Below are positions 25,832 to 33,981 of a DNA stretch of 64,000 bases, piece by piece. How positions within the stretch are numbered: the stretch's first letter is position 1; each line of letters starts with the position of its first letter. Under the pieces are notes generated by a model. It was not told where the DNA came from, did no database searches, and worked only from the letters and a program-made list of their open reading frames with translations. The position numbers and the translations under genes were made by a program. The stretch is from an uncultured Alphaproteobacteria bacterium. GTDB lineage: Bacteria > Pseudomonadota > Alphaproteobacteria > Rs-D84. The stretch is from positions 67,588 to 131,587 of the forward strand of contig CAKQSE010000002.1 of the NCBI GenBank assembly GCA_934272785.1, written 5' to 3'.

Positions 25832-26488
25832 TTATGAATATAATTTTTTAAATCCATTTTCAATTTTTCGAACGTATTCACTGTCGTGATCACGCCAATA
25901 TTTTGGATCACGCATCATGCGTCGCAAATCATTATCAGATAAATTTACATCATCACCATCGGCGGTTTGAACGTGTGGTTCCATTGATTGCATCATCCTG
26001 TATATGCCTTGGATTCCCTGGGGTGTGGCGCATAACGCATCAAATGCATCGCGTGGTAAAAATTGCGTTCCAAATGCATTTATTTGTTTTATTGCATCGT
26101 TCATTTTTTCATCACTGCCAAAGAAATTTTTTAATTCAGAAATTGCCGCAGCCTGGGATTGTGTTGCAAACAAATCAGATATTACTGGTGATAAAAATTC
26201 TTGGGCGATGTTATAAATTTGCGAAACCTGTGATGACGTCAATCCAATTTCAAAAAATTTTGCGCGCAAATTTTCATCATCAAACAAATCATTTTTTGGA
26301 TAATTATCCGGTGCGTCTGGCACGCCAATCGCGCGTCTGAAACGATTACGCGTATCATCGTCGGCATCATCAGACGGCACCGATATCATCGTTCCGATTT
26401 TCTTTTCCAATGCCGCATATGATTTTATCAATGCATCTGTGTTTAATGTTCCGTCTTGGTTTTTAAATTTTTCAGGAATCTTTTCCAT
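25832..26488 (-). CDS. Capsid scaffolding protein
   Basis: 218 aa. The N-terminus IPEKFKNQDGTLNTDALIKSYAALEKKIG is typical of podovirus scaffolding proteins. It is acidic and helical. Confidence 0.6.
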   Translation of the reverse strand: MEKIPEKFKNQDGTLNTDALIKSYAALEKKIGTMISVPSDDADDDTRNRFRRAIGVPDAPDNYPKNDLFDDENLRAKFFEIGLTSSQVSQIYNIAQEFLSPVISDLFATQSQAAAISELKNFFGSDEKMNDAIKQINAFGTQFLPRDAFDALCATPQGIQGIYRMMQSMEPHVQTADGDDVNLSDNDLRRMMRDPKYWRDHDSEYVRKIENGFKKLYS

Positions 26489-26700
26489 TTTTTATTTCCT
26501 TTGTTTTGATTGTTTGATTTGCGAATAAAATAAATTCCACACAATGTGAACAGTGCCTGGCATAAAACAAAAATATCACTGTCACCGACCAAATACGCCG
26601 CCACCGCCGACAGCGCGCCAACGACCGACATAACGTGCGTGCGCCGGTCGGCCAACCATCCGCCACGAATAATTTTCTGGATACGCATTTTTATCACCAT
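26443..26700 (-). CDS. Holin-like membrane protein
   Basis: 85 aa with two hydrophobic segments and a highly basic C-terminal tail. Its start overlaps the endolysin stop (TAATG). Confidence 0.45.
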   Translation of the reverse strand: MVIKMRIQKIIRGGWLADRRTHVMSVVGALSAVAAYLVGDSDIFVLCQALFTLCGIYFIRKSNNQNKGNKKWKRFLKNLKTKTEH

Positions 26701-27110
26701 TATAAATAGAACAACATTCCATCAACGTCAGCGATATATCCGCGCGATGTTGACCAGGCGGGCATTTCATCAGCACGATGAAAACGCGTTGCACCAAACG
26801 ACACATCTGGTAAATTGCCGTGCAACATTCGCCGCACCACACGCAGGCACATTTGAAATCCGCGCACATCCGGCGCAACATTTAATAATTCGTGACGCGC
26901 ATCATTTTCGTTCAGCGATAAAAACACATCACAATCTGTTACAACAACGTCCGGCGTGACACCACGATAACGCGCCAGATTTGAAATCATTGATGTAAAT
27001 GCCTCGACCAGCAATAACGATGTTGCACCCGTTTCGGCATAAACCACGCGCGCAATTTTATACGCGACGCACTGTGACACATCTGGGTTTGTTATCAGTT
27101 CAAGTTGCAT
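26700..27110 (-). CDS. Endolysin, SleB-type cell wall hydrolase family
   Basis: 136 aa. ARVVYAETGATS...SFGATRFHRADEMPAW resembles the Hydrolase_2/SleB domain. It is the first gene of the cluster. Confidence 0.6.
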   Translation of the reverse strand: MQLELITNPDVSQCVAYKIARVVYAETGATSLLLVEAFTSMISNLARYRGVTPDVVVTDCDVFLSLNENDARHELLNVAPDVRGFQMCLRVVRRMLHGNLPDVSFGATRFHRADEMPAWSTSRGYIADVDGMLFYL

Positions 27111-27150
27111 GTGCGGTCCTCTCCTCTTTCCACTTTGTTTGTTTTGGCAA

Positions 27151-27178
27151 TAAAAAAGACCGCGTGATTTACGCGGTC
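27151..27178 (-). terminator. Intrinsic terminator 2 in the leader of the lysis/structural operon
   Basis: On the minus strand: GACCGCG-taaatca-CGCGGTC followed by tttttt. Confidence 0.65.
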
Positions 27179-27185
27179 AGAAAAT

Positions 27186-27209
27186 AAAAAAATCCGCACA
27201 ATACGCGGA
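27186..27209 (-). terminator. Intrinsic terminator 1 in the leader of the lysis/structural operon
   Basis: On the minus strand: TCCGC-gtattgt-GCGGA followed by ttttttt. Confidence 0.6.
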
Positions 27210-27235
27210 CAGAATCTTTACTGTTGATATTGTAT

Positions 27236-27264
27236 ATAGTATCACAAATTGCATAAAAAGTCAA
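27236..27264 (-). promoter_or_regulatory. Near-consensus sigma70-type promoter facing the phage-like operon
   Basis: On the minus strand: TTGACT, 17 nt, TACTAT. A -10-like TACAAT lies just downstream in the initial transcribed region. Confidence 0.55.
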
Positions 27265-27307
27265 GTGTGTATTTTTGCATTGCATGCGCGCCCCAGAAAT
27301 CCGGCAT

Positions 27308-27994
27308 TTATTTCATACTGATTTCGTCACCATATGCCAGCAAATATTGCGTTCCACGTCGCAAAACCAATGCACCTGATTCATTTATTCCAATCAATTC
27401 CACATTTTCACCGCGATAACGCACCACCTTGTTCAATGCGGCGGCCATTTCCATCCAACGCGCGCGCACATCGGCAAAATCCGCACGCATCCATTTATCC
27501 AAATTGCGCATCAGACGATTTAACAATTCTGTGCGTTCCACATCGGCATAGTTTTCCAGTTTTGTTGTCTTGTATTCGGGCACGGTTGGATTTGATTTTA
27601 TGTTTATCCCAATTCCAACAATCACAAACGCACCAGCGTATTCAATCAAGACACCGCACACCTTGGCCCCATCAATCAGGATATCATTTGGCCACTTTAT
27701 CGTCGGATGGATGCCAAACGAAATCAACGTTTCGGCGATTGCAACCGCAACGACATACGACAGGCGCGGATCGCGATTTTCAGATGCGAAAATAAAACTG
27801 GCATACAAATTACCATGATGCGAAACCCATGTCCGACGATACCGCCCGCGCCCGGCTGATTGTGCCAGTGCGACGACAACCGTGCGGCTTCGTGCCGCGC
27901 CACGCGCAATTAAATCCAGCGCATATGTTTGTGTGCTGGGGATTTTATCAAAAGAAATCAGTTTATATCCCGCCAATTTTATACACCCCATCAA
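27308..27994 (-). CDS. birA: Biotin--[acetyl-CoA-carboxylase] ligase
   Basis: 228 aa with QSAGRGRYRRTW and KWPNDILIDGAKVCGVL. There is no N-terminal HTH. Confidence 0.85.
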   Translation of the reverse strand: MMGCIKLAGYKLISFDKIPSTQTYALDLIARGAARSRTVVVALAQSAGRGRYRRTWVSHHGNLYASFIFASENRDPRLSYVVAVAIAETLISFGIHPTIKWPNDILIDGAKVCGVLIEYAGAFVIVGIGINIKSNPTVPEYKTTKLENYADVERTELLNRLMRNLDKWMRADFADVRARWMEMAAALNKVVRYRGENVELIGINESGALVLRRGTQYLLAYGDEISMK

Positions 27995-28382
27995 TGTTTT
28001 TGATTATGTCGCGTCCGTATGCTCGGCGCAGTTGATATATCGCCGTATCAACCGTATGCGTTGTCGCACGTGGCGAATACCCCAATGCCGCACGCAGTTG
28101 TGTGCCCGTCATACCGCCACTTTTATGCAACAAAACGATTATCTGACGCTGTAACGGGGCCAGTGCAACATTTCGTCCAAACACCGATTGAATAATATTT
28201 GTATTGTCCATTGCCCCCAGGATGGCCGCCTTTAATTCCAAAACTGTGCAATGCATGGGGATATTTAATTCATCAAAATTGACCGTCGCAATATCAGGCG
28301 CATCCACCACCACCGCATTCAAGTCGGCCAGCACCGAACGCCATACCGCGTCGCCAGAATAGATTCTGATTCCAGTCAGCAT
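27963..28382 (-). CDS. Winged-helix (OmpR/PhoB C-terminal type) DNA-binding protein
   Basis: The C-terminus LAPLQRQIIVLL...THTVDTAIYQLRRAYG...IDGVYKIG fits the Trans_reg_C pattern. The N-terminal part is short and not a clear receiver domain. Confidence 0.5.
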   Translation of the reverse strand: MLTGIRIYSGDAVWRSVLADLNAVVVDAPDIATVNFDELNIPMHCTVLELKAAILGAMDNTNIIQSVFGRNVALAPLQRQIIVLLHKSGGMTGTQLRAALGYSPRATTHTVDTAIYQLRRAYGRDIIKNIDGVYKIGGI

Positions 28383-28475
28383 ACCCCCAGGATAAACGAT
28401 GACACACCACATGTCCAGGGAAAAAGACCGCGCATGCGCGCGGTCTGGGCTGTGGTGGTGTTCACAATATGGCGA

Positions 28476-28721
28476 CTATTCCCTAGTTGGATTACGCGGG
28501 TCAATAAACTTGGTAAAATCGCCGATATTTGCGCCGGTTGACGACAAAATCTTGGAAATACTGTTTGTTGATGGCCAGCGGGGTTGCCCTTCGCGCGACC
28601 AACGTTTGCTGCGGTTAAATGTGGTTGGGTCCAAACCACTGCATTTTGCCAATCCAGAACACGACATGCCGTGCTCGTCAGCGAATCGTTCAATTGCGCG
28701 CCATACATCTTCGTGTGTCAT
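28476..28721 (-). CDS. HTH DNA-binding protein resembling the N-terminal domain of CI-type repressors
   Basis: 81 aa. VWRAIERFADEHGMSCSGLAKCSGLDPTTFNRSKR. No S24 domain. Confidence 0.55.
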   Translation of the reverse strand: MTHEDVWRAIERFADEHGMSCSGLAKCSGLDPTTFNRSKRWSREGQPRWPSTNSISKILSSTGANIGDFTKFIDPRNPTRE

Positions 28722-28892
28722 TATTATCTCCTCTGGTTATAATAGGTGTTATGCCTATACCGTGATTTTATTCCACGATGCGCAACCGGACAACAAGCAC
28801 GATTTCCTAGGATTATCAACAACTTAGGCAATAAATCCCCCAGGTATAAAAGCCCCATAAAAATTGCCGCAAAATTTTTTTGACAAATATTC

Positions 28893-28921
28893 TTGACAAA
28901 TAACAAATATTGTATTACATT
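28893..28921 (+). promoter_or_regulatory. Candidate sigma70-type promoter for a small RNA
   Basis: TTGACA, 17 nt, TACATT. A second TTGACA lies 13 nt upstream. Confidence 0.4.
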
Positions 28922-28927
28922 TCGATT

Positions 28928-29110
28928 CGTCAAAGGGGGCAACCCCAGTGACACGGGGTTCAGGGATTCAGACTCCCTCCTACATTCTCTCTCCTCTGGA
29001 CTCTGGGCCCCAACCCAATTTGACAGTTTAGAATGCCCATTTCTTTTTCTCCTTTCCTTCCTTTCAGGGCATTCGGAAACACCGCCGGGCAAAACCGGCG
29101 GCGTTTTTTT
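28928..29110 (+). ncRNA. Candidate sRNA of about 180 nt with CU-rich (anti-SD-like) loops
   Basis: A promoter lies upstream. The 8-bp stem GAATGCCC/GGGCATTC (29031-29074) encloses the loop AUUUCUUUUUCUCCUUUCCUUCCUUUCA. Further CUCCCUCCU and CUCUCUCCUCU tracts are present. Terminator cgccgg-gcaaaa-ccggcg plus T7 at 29082-29110. Confidence 0.35.
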
Positions 29111-29337
29111 CTTTGCTTGTATTCGCACAATGAACATTATATAATATGGTCGCAACGGCGGGTTGCCGTTGTGGGGTGTAAGAACCCCGGCAAGATTGTC
29201 CGCAGGGACATAAAAAACTCCAACCGATGGTTGGAGGGCTGTGAATATTGAATAAACAGCACTAACATCTTGCTTAGTTCTTAACCTCCAACCACCTGAA
29301 TTCATATGGTGGTTTTATTTTTACACATGGGGGAAAT

Positions 29338-29682
29338 ATGACCGCAATTACCAAAAGTATGGCCGAAAATGAATTCAACCGCCAGGCAGGATTATTTTTG
29401 CGCCGGGCGCGCATGATGCAGGGATTGACCCAGAAAGAACTTGCCACACGCACTGGCATCACATTTCAACAGGTGCAAAAATATGAATCAGGCGAAAGTC
29501 GCGTTTCACTGTGGCGAATATGCCAATTCGCGGACGCCCTGGAAATATCGGTAACACCATTTTTTGAAAATGGATTTCCAGACGCAAAATGTCGCGTTCT
29601 GGATCACGGGAAAATACAGTGCATGATTGATACAATCGCGCGCGACCTGGGCGAATTGCGTCACGAATTATTGAAACGATAA
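29338..29682 (+). CDS. XRE-family transcriptional regulator
   Basis: 114 aa. LRRARMMQGLTQKELATRTGITFQQVQKYESGESR. Confidence 0.75.
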   Translation: MTAITKSMAENEFNRQAGLFLRRARMMQGLTQKELATRTGITFQQVQKYESGESRVSLWRICQFADALEISVTPFFENGFPDAKCRVLDHGKIQCMIDTIARDLGELRHELLKR

Positions 29683-30608
29683 TTTATTTTTTCAAATACA
29701 GAAAACAGTTCCCAGTGTGCACTGCCTACAAACTGGTCAACGGGAACCAATTGGCGCATTTTATACCCGCCACGGGTCAACACCTGGGCATCACGGGTAA
29801 ATGTCGCGGGATTGCACGATACATAGATTACGCGCGAAACATCTGACTTTACAATTTCCTGGCACTGGGCCAATGCGCCGGCGCGTGGCGGATCCATCAC
29901 CACACAGTCATATGTGCGCAGCATTCCAACCGTCAACGGGTGCGTGAACAAATCGCGCTTTGCGCCCGTGCCAACAATATCAAATCCATCGGCATTTAAT
30001 GCAAATGTAAAATTCCCCAGTCCACAAAACAAATCAGCCGTGCGGTGCGCGTCCTGGGCCGCCGCCACAACCATATGACGCAGTGCATCCGCACTGGCCA
30101 CCGTTGGCTGTAAAAACGCACCTGTTGGATATTGGACCGCATAGCCATCAAAACTGACCATTGGGGTGTCGTGGCACGCAATCACGCGGTCGTTCCACGT
30201 AATACGAATCACGGGCAGTTTTTCTGCCGCGGCGCGAAATTCGGCCGAAAAATACGGAACATTTGACGTAATCGCAACGTCCAATCCATTATCGCACAAT
30301 GTCACCAGACACGCACCCGCACCATCCCACGGCAACGCCGCCAGCAATGGCACAATATGGTTTATTTCTGGGACCAAATTCGGGCACGACCGCACGGGGA
30401 CAATATCCTTGGTCCGTGCGGCAAAGAATCCAAATTTTTCCCCTGCAAATGCGAAATCGGCACGGCGACGCGTGGCCGCCGGCGTCCAAACCGCGGGTGC
30501 CGTTGGCGTAAAATTACGCAACAACGCCAATTTTTTATCATGATAATCGGGCGCGGTAAAATCAAACCGACACCCACCACACACGCCAAAGAACGGACAT
30601 GTTTTCAT
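29661..30608 (-). CDS. RumA/TrmA-family SAM-dependent RNA (uracil-5) methyltransferase
   Basis: The N-terminus CPFFGVCGGC is a 4Fe-4S motif. DLFCGLGNFT is the SAM motif. The C-terminus has YVSCNPAT. Confidence 0.7.
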   Translation of the reverse strand: MKTCPFFGVCGGCRFDFTAPDYHDKKLALLRNFTPTAPAVWTPAATRRRADFAFAGEKFGFFAARTKDIVPVRSCPNLVPEINHIVPLLAALPWDGAGACLVTLCDNGLDVAITSNVPYFSAEFRAAAEKLPVIRITWNDRVIACHDTPMVSFDGYAVQYPTGAFLQPTVASADALRHMVVAAAQDAHRTADLFCGLGNFTFALNADGFDIVGTGAKRDLFTHPLTVGMLRTYDCVVMDPPRAGALAQCQEIVKSDVSRVIYVSCNPATFTRDAQVLTRGGYKMRQLVPVDQFVGSAHWELFSVFEKINYRFNNS

Positions 30609-30622
30609 TGGTGGCCCCACGT

Positions 30623-31270
30623 CTAGAAATTCAGGCGCACACCGGCACGAAACTGGTGCGCGGTTGGCGCGAAATCAGGCGTCACATCAAATTCTGGTTT
30701 CAACATATACATGTAACGATACCCCAGGTCAACGGTGAAATATTCACCCAGTTCGAATCCAACACCCGCCAGTGCCGCAAACACACCGCTGATTTTTTTA
30801 TCCAGTCGCACATCATCCCCCGAATTCCAGGACAAACCCGCCCCTGCGCCAACATATGGCACAATACGCTGGGTATGGAACAGGCGATACATACTGTCGA
30901 TACGGGCATCAAATATTGCGTTGACCATGGCGGTGTTACCCGTCAATTTAAATGCGTTCCATTGGGCATCGGTGCGGATATAGTTCGCCTCGACCCGAAA
31001 TGTGTCCATTGGGCGAACGCCGGCGACAACCTCGAACGAAGATGTGTTTTTACCCGACACATGAACCATTTCATCTGACGTATAATTGCCCCACATTGAA
31101 AAATCATACATGCCGCCAACATAGAAACGATGACGACTGGCAAATGCCTGGTCATTATTGCCAGAAACCGCGGTTTCTGGAACGACAACCTGTTGCACAC
31201 GATACGGAATCGCCGCGTTCGCCGCAAATGGTAACATGCACATCACACTAAATAATAATTTCGATTTCAT
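30623..31270 (-). CDS. Outer-membrane beta-barrel protein (Omp25/OmpA-like barrel family)
   Basis: Signal peptide MKSKLLFSVMCMLPFAANA, alternating beta-strand pattern and a terminal F. Confidence 0.6.
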   Translation of the reverse strand: MKSKLLFSVMCMLPFAANAAIPYRVQQVVVPETAVSGNNDQAFASRHRFYVGGMYDFSMWGNYTSDEMVHVSGKNTSSFEVVAGVRPMDTFRVEANYIRTDAQWNAFKLTGNTAMVNAIFDARIDSMYRLFHTQRIVPYVGAGAGLSWNSGDDVRLDKKISGVFAALAGVGFELGEYFTVDLGYRYMYMLKPEFDVTPDFAPTAHQFRAGVRLNF

Positions 31271-31284
31271 CTTTGCCACCCACA

Positions 31285-32067
31285 TCAGAAATTCACACGA
31301 AATGACGCCATGATGTTGCTGACGCTGTTTGCGCCACCATGACGAACATCCCAACCAAATCCGTTACCAATCATCAACTGGTATTGATACATAACATCAA
31401 TCCCAATCAGGTCGGTCAACATTACGTTAAACCCGGCCGCCGCACGTGGGGCCGCAATCACGAATTCATCGGCACCACCGGGACCATCAAACTGATACTG
31501 GCCCATGCCGGCACCAACGCCGATAAACGGCACAAATGTCCGACGACGTGTTACGTCACCCGTCTGGACATAACGGCGCGCCAAATCAAAATATAACATC
31601 GTCCCAATCGTGCGATAGGTTGCCTGGACATCGTCCAGGTCGGAAAATTCAAACGTTGATTCCTGGAAATCAAATTCGCCACGCACAAACGACGACAGAT
31701 TCCATCCCAATCCGATTTGTGTGGACCAGCTGCCGCTGCTCTCGTAATCATGGTCGCCGAAACGCGCCCGGTCGGTCGCGAACCCCAGGTTTAATCCGCC
31801 ACCCGCACGCACATACATCGTCGTCGGGATAAACATACGAATATCAGAATTATCCACCGCACCAACCGTCTGGTACACATCTGCGCCCAGTTCGCCCGGC
31901 GCAACATCCGGCACAACGTCCACATTTTCGCGCGCACCAATCAGATCCAGACCCTCGGTCACCTCGGCCCGAAAGCCCTTGTCACTGTATCCGGCCATTG
32001 CCGCCGATGGCAATATGACCGCCAGAATTCCAAAATATGATATTTTTTTCATCAGCCTTGTATCCAT
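31285..32067 (-). CDS. Outer-membrane beta-barrel protein (paralogous family)
   Basis: Signal peptide ...ILPSAAMA. The C-terminus is FRVNF. The start may be the internal MKKISYF. Confidence 0.6.
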   Translation of the reverse strand: MDTRLMKKISYFGILAVILPSAAMAGYSDKGFRAEVTEGLDLIGARENVDVVPDVAPGELGADVYQTVGAVDNSDIRMFIPTTMYVRAGGGLNLGFATDRARFGDHDYESSGSWSTQIGLGWNLSSFVRGEFDFQESTFEFSDLDDVQATYRTIGTMLYFDLARRYVQTGDVTRRRTFVPFIGVGAGMGQYQFDGPGGADEFVIAAPRAAAGFNVMLTDLIGIDVMYQYQLMIGNGFGWDVRHGGANSVSNIMASFRVNF

Positions 32068-32140
32068 TACTGTATCTTTTTAAAATTCTATCATAAATTG
32101 CAACTTGATTCCAGCCCCTTTTGCGCGTATGATTTAACGT

Positions 32141-32962
32141 ATGAAGAAAAACACAGACAAAAAAATTGCCCTGGTGGCGGGGGCGTTGGCCCTGCCGTTT
32201 TTTACGCGTGACGCGTTGCGTCGTGCGGGGTGGGACGTGTATATTGTCGGGCTGAAAAATTTCGTTGATCCGAAATTAAACCCAGACATCACGGTTCGCC
32301 TGGGCGGCGCATGGCCGGCAATTCGCGAATTCCGCCGGCGCGGGATTCATAAATTGACATTTGTTGGCGCGCTGGGGCATCCAAATTTTGCCGATATCCG
32401 GCCTGATTGGTGGTCTATCGGTATGCTGATAAGTATTATGAAACATCAACGGGGATATGATTCTATGGGGGTTGCATTGAACAAGGCACTGGAAAAACGC
32501 GGATTTGAAATAATCGCCGCCCAGGACGCGGCACCGGAACTGGCGTTTGAAACCGCCGGGGTTAAAACCCGCACGCACCCGGGCAAATCGGACGCACGCG
32601 ACATTGAACGCGCCATCGAGGTTTCACACACAATCGGTGCGGCCGACATTGGCGCATCGGTCGTTGTTGATAAACAGGTCATCGCGGTCGAGGCCGCCGA
32701 AGGCACCGCAAAAATGCTGGATCGCGTGGTTGATATGCGCAAGAACAAACGTCGCGCCAGTGGTGTGTTTGCAAAAATGACCAAGCCGGGCCAGGACCTG
32801 CGCATTGATATTCCAGCAATTGGCGTTGACACGGTTCGCGCGGTCGCGGCGGCCCACCTGCGCGGGATTATCGTGAATGCAAAAACATGCTTTGTCGTGG
32901 ATAAAGAGGCAACAATTCGCGCCGCCAACGACGCAAAAATATTTATCGTCGCCGTGGAATAA
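32141..32962 (+). CDS. lpxI: UDP-2,3-diacylglucosamine diphosphatase LpxI (DUF1009)
   Basis: 273 aa. DIGASVVVDKQVIAVEAAEGTAKMLDRV...KPGQDLRIDIPAIGVDTV. Confidence 0.75.
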   Translation: MKKNTDKKIALVAGALALPFFTRDALRRAGWDVYIVGLKNFVDPKLNPDITVRLGGAWPAIREFRRRGIHKLTFVGALGHPNFADIRPDWWSIGMLISIMKHQRGYDSMGVALNKALEKRGFEIIAAQDAAPELAFETAGVKTRTHPGKSDARDIERAIEVSHTIGAADIGASVVVDKQVIAVEAAEGTAKMLDRVVDMRKNKRRASGVFAKMTKPGQDLRIDIPAIGVDTVRAVAAAHLRGIIVNAKTCFVVDKEATIRAANDAKIFIVAVE

Positions 32963-32987
32963 AAACGCCCCATCGGGGCGTTTTTTT
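32961..32987. terminator. Bidirectional intrinsic terminator
   Basis: aaaaacgcccc-atc-ggggcgttttttt, between convergent genes. Confidence 0.7.
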
Positions 32988-33318
32988 ATTTGATGATGTC
33001 TTGGACGGTGACCTTGAATACAACGGCCTGGCCCGCCAATTCTGGGTAATAGTTTTCTGGGAACGTGATGTTGATGTCACGGGTTTCACCACGCGCCATA
33101 CCGACAACCTGGTCTTCGAATCCGGGGACAAATTGACCACTGCCCAGTGTCAATTTATATCCTGTGGCCGTGCCGCCCTGGAACTGAACGCCATCTTTGT
33201 ATCCGGCAAAATCAATTACAACCGTATCACCATTTTTTGCAACATCGTTTGCATTGCTGTCGCATGCACCCAACAACATCGCGCCGGCAACCGCCGCCGC
33301 AGACATGATTTTCTTCAT
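32986..33318 (-). CDS. FKBP-type peptidyl-prolyl isomerase lipoprotein
   Basis: 110 aa with lipobox LLGAC. DFAGYKDGVQFQGGTATGYKLTLGSGQFVPGFEDQVVGM. Confidence 0.75.
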   Translation of the reverse strand: MKKIMSAAAVAGAMLLGACDSNANDVAKNGDTVVIDFAGYKDGVQFQGGTATGYKLTLGSGQFVPGFEDQVVGMARGETRDINITFPENYYPELAGQAVVFKVTVQDIIK

Positions 33319-33335
33319 CGCTGTTTCCTTTGGCT

Positions 33336-33905
33336 TTAATTATTATACACACATCTGAAACCGTATTCGCGCATGGTGACGCCTTCGGCCTCTATCCGAT
33401 AATCAAAGAACGGGGTCGGACGCATCACGTCAAACGATGGGCGGTCATAGACCATGACAATGCTGTCGGCATTACGACCACATACGCGTTTCATTTCATA
33501 GTCGGCAACGTGCCCCAATATTGTGCGGGCATCGCCATCAATATCCATACCGTCGGCATTTTGCACCAGGCGCAGACGCATTTCGCGCATATCGGTATTG
33601 CCCAGCAAAATCTGGACCCGAACCATTGCGCCCTTGTATTCCTGCCACCGGGTTTCCATGCGTGATGTTTTCCACTTGTTATCAGACTGTTCTTTTTCAG
33701 CCGCGGTTTTCGGCTTGTATGAATCAATATTAGAATACTGGTTATCAGATTGCATGAACGTGCTGGTCCGTTCGTTATACAGTGGCGCGTCCGCCCCGCC
33801 GTTTGCGAAATCTGTTTCATTGTATGGCGCATCGGCATCCGTGGCGCACCCGCCCAGAATCAACACACCGCAAATCATACACAGCAAGGATTTTTTCATA
33901 CTCAA
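33336..33905 (-). CDS. Hypothetical lipoprotein
   Basis: 189 aa with lipobox ILGGC. Confidence 0.5.
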   Translation of the reverse strand: MSMKKSLLCMICGVLILGGCATDADAPYNETDFANGGADAPLYNERTSTFMQSDNQYSNIDSYKPKTAAEKEQSDNKWKTSRMETRWQEYKGAMVRVQILLGNTDMREMRLRLVQNADGMDIDGDARTILGHVADYEMKRVCGRNADSIVMVYDRPSFDVMRPTPFFDYRIEAEGVTMREYGFRCVYNN

Positions 33906-33981
33906 TCTCTCTTGTTTTTTTTAATTTTATCAAATAATCCTTTTTGATTCAAGGGCGGATTTATGATAAAATATTCTTGTA

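Noticed and set aside
25299-25837. Two plus-strand ORFs (166 and 164 aa) rich in Phe, Ala and Gly opposite the Lys/Ala-rich gene.
   Set aside because: They are mirror frames of a simple repeat. Only the minus-strand frame has a strong SD, a terminator and the same orientation as its neighbours.
26443-26488. The 46-nt overlap between the holin-like ORF end and the scaffold ORF start, as a possible programmed frameshift site.
   Set aside because: No slippery heptamer is evident. The simple overlap of two genes, or a slightly later scaffold start, is an adequate explanation.
14266-27300. Search for attL/attR direct repeats and an integrase delimiting the phage-like cluster.
   Set aside because: By eye I could not find a convincing direct repeat at the two ends, and no integrase-like ORF is present. 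The cluster is therefore not annotated as an intact prophage. A computational repeat search is needed.
28724-29305. A 193-aa minus-strand ORF and an 83-aa plus-strand ORF spanning the 614-bp intergenic region.
   Set aside because: The translations are low-complexity and Pro/Arg/Gly/Ser-rich. There is no SD. The ORFs run through the hairpins, the terminator and the CU-rich tracts. The region is treated as non-coding and a candidate sRNA.
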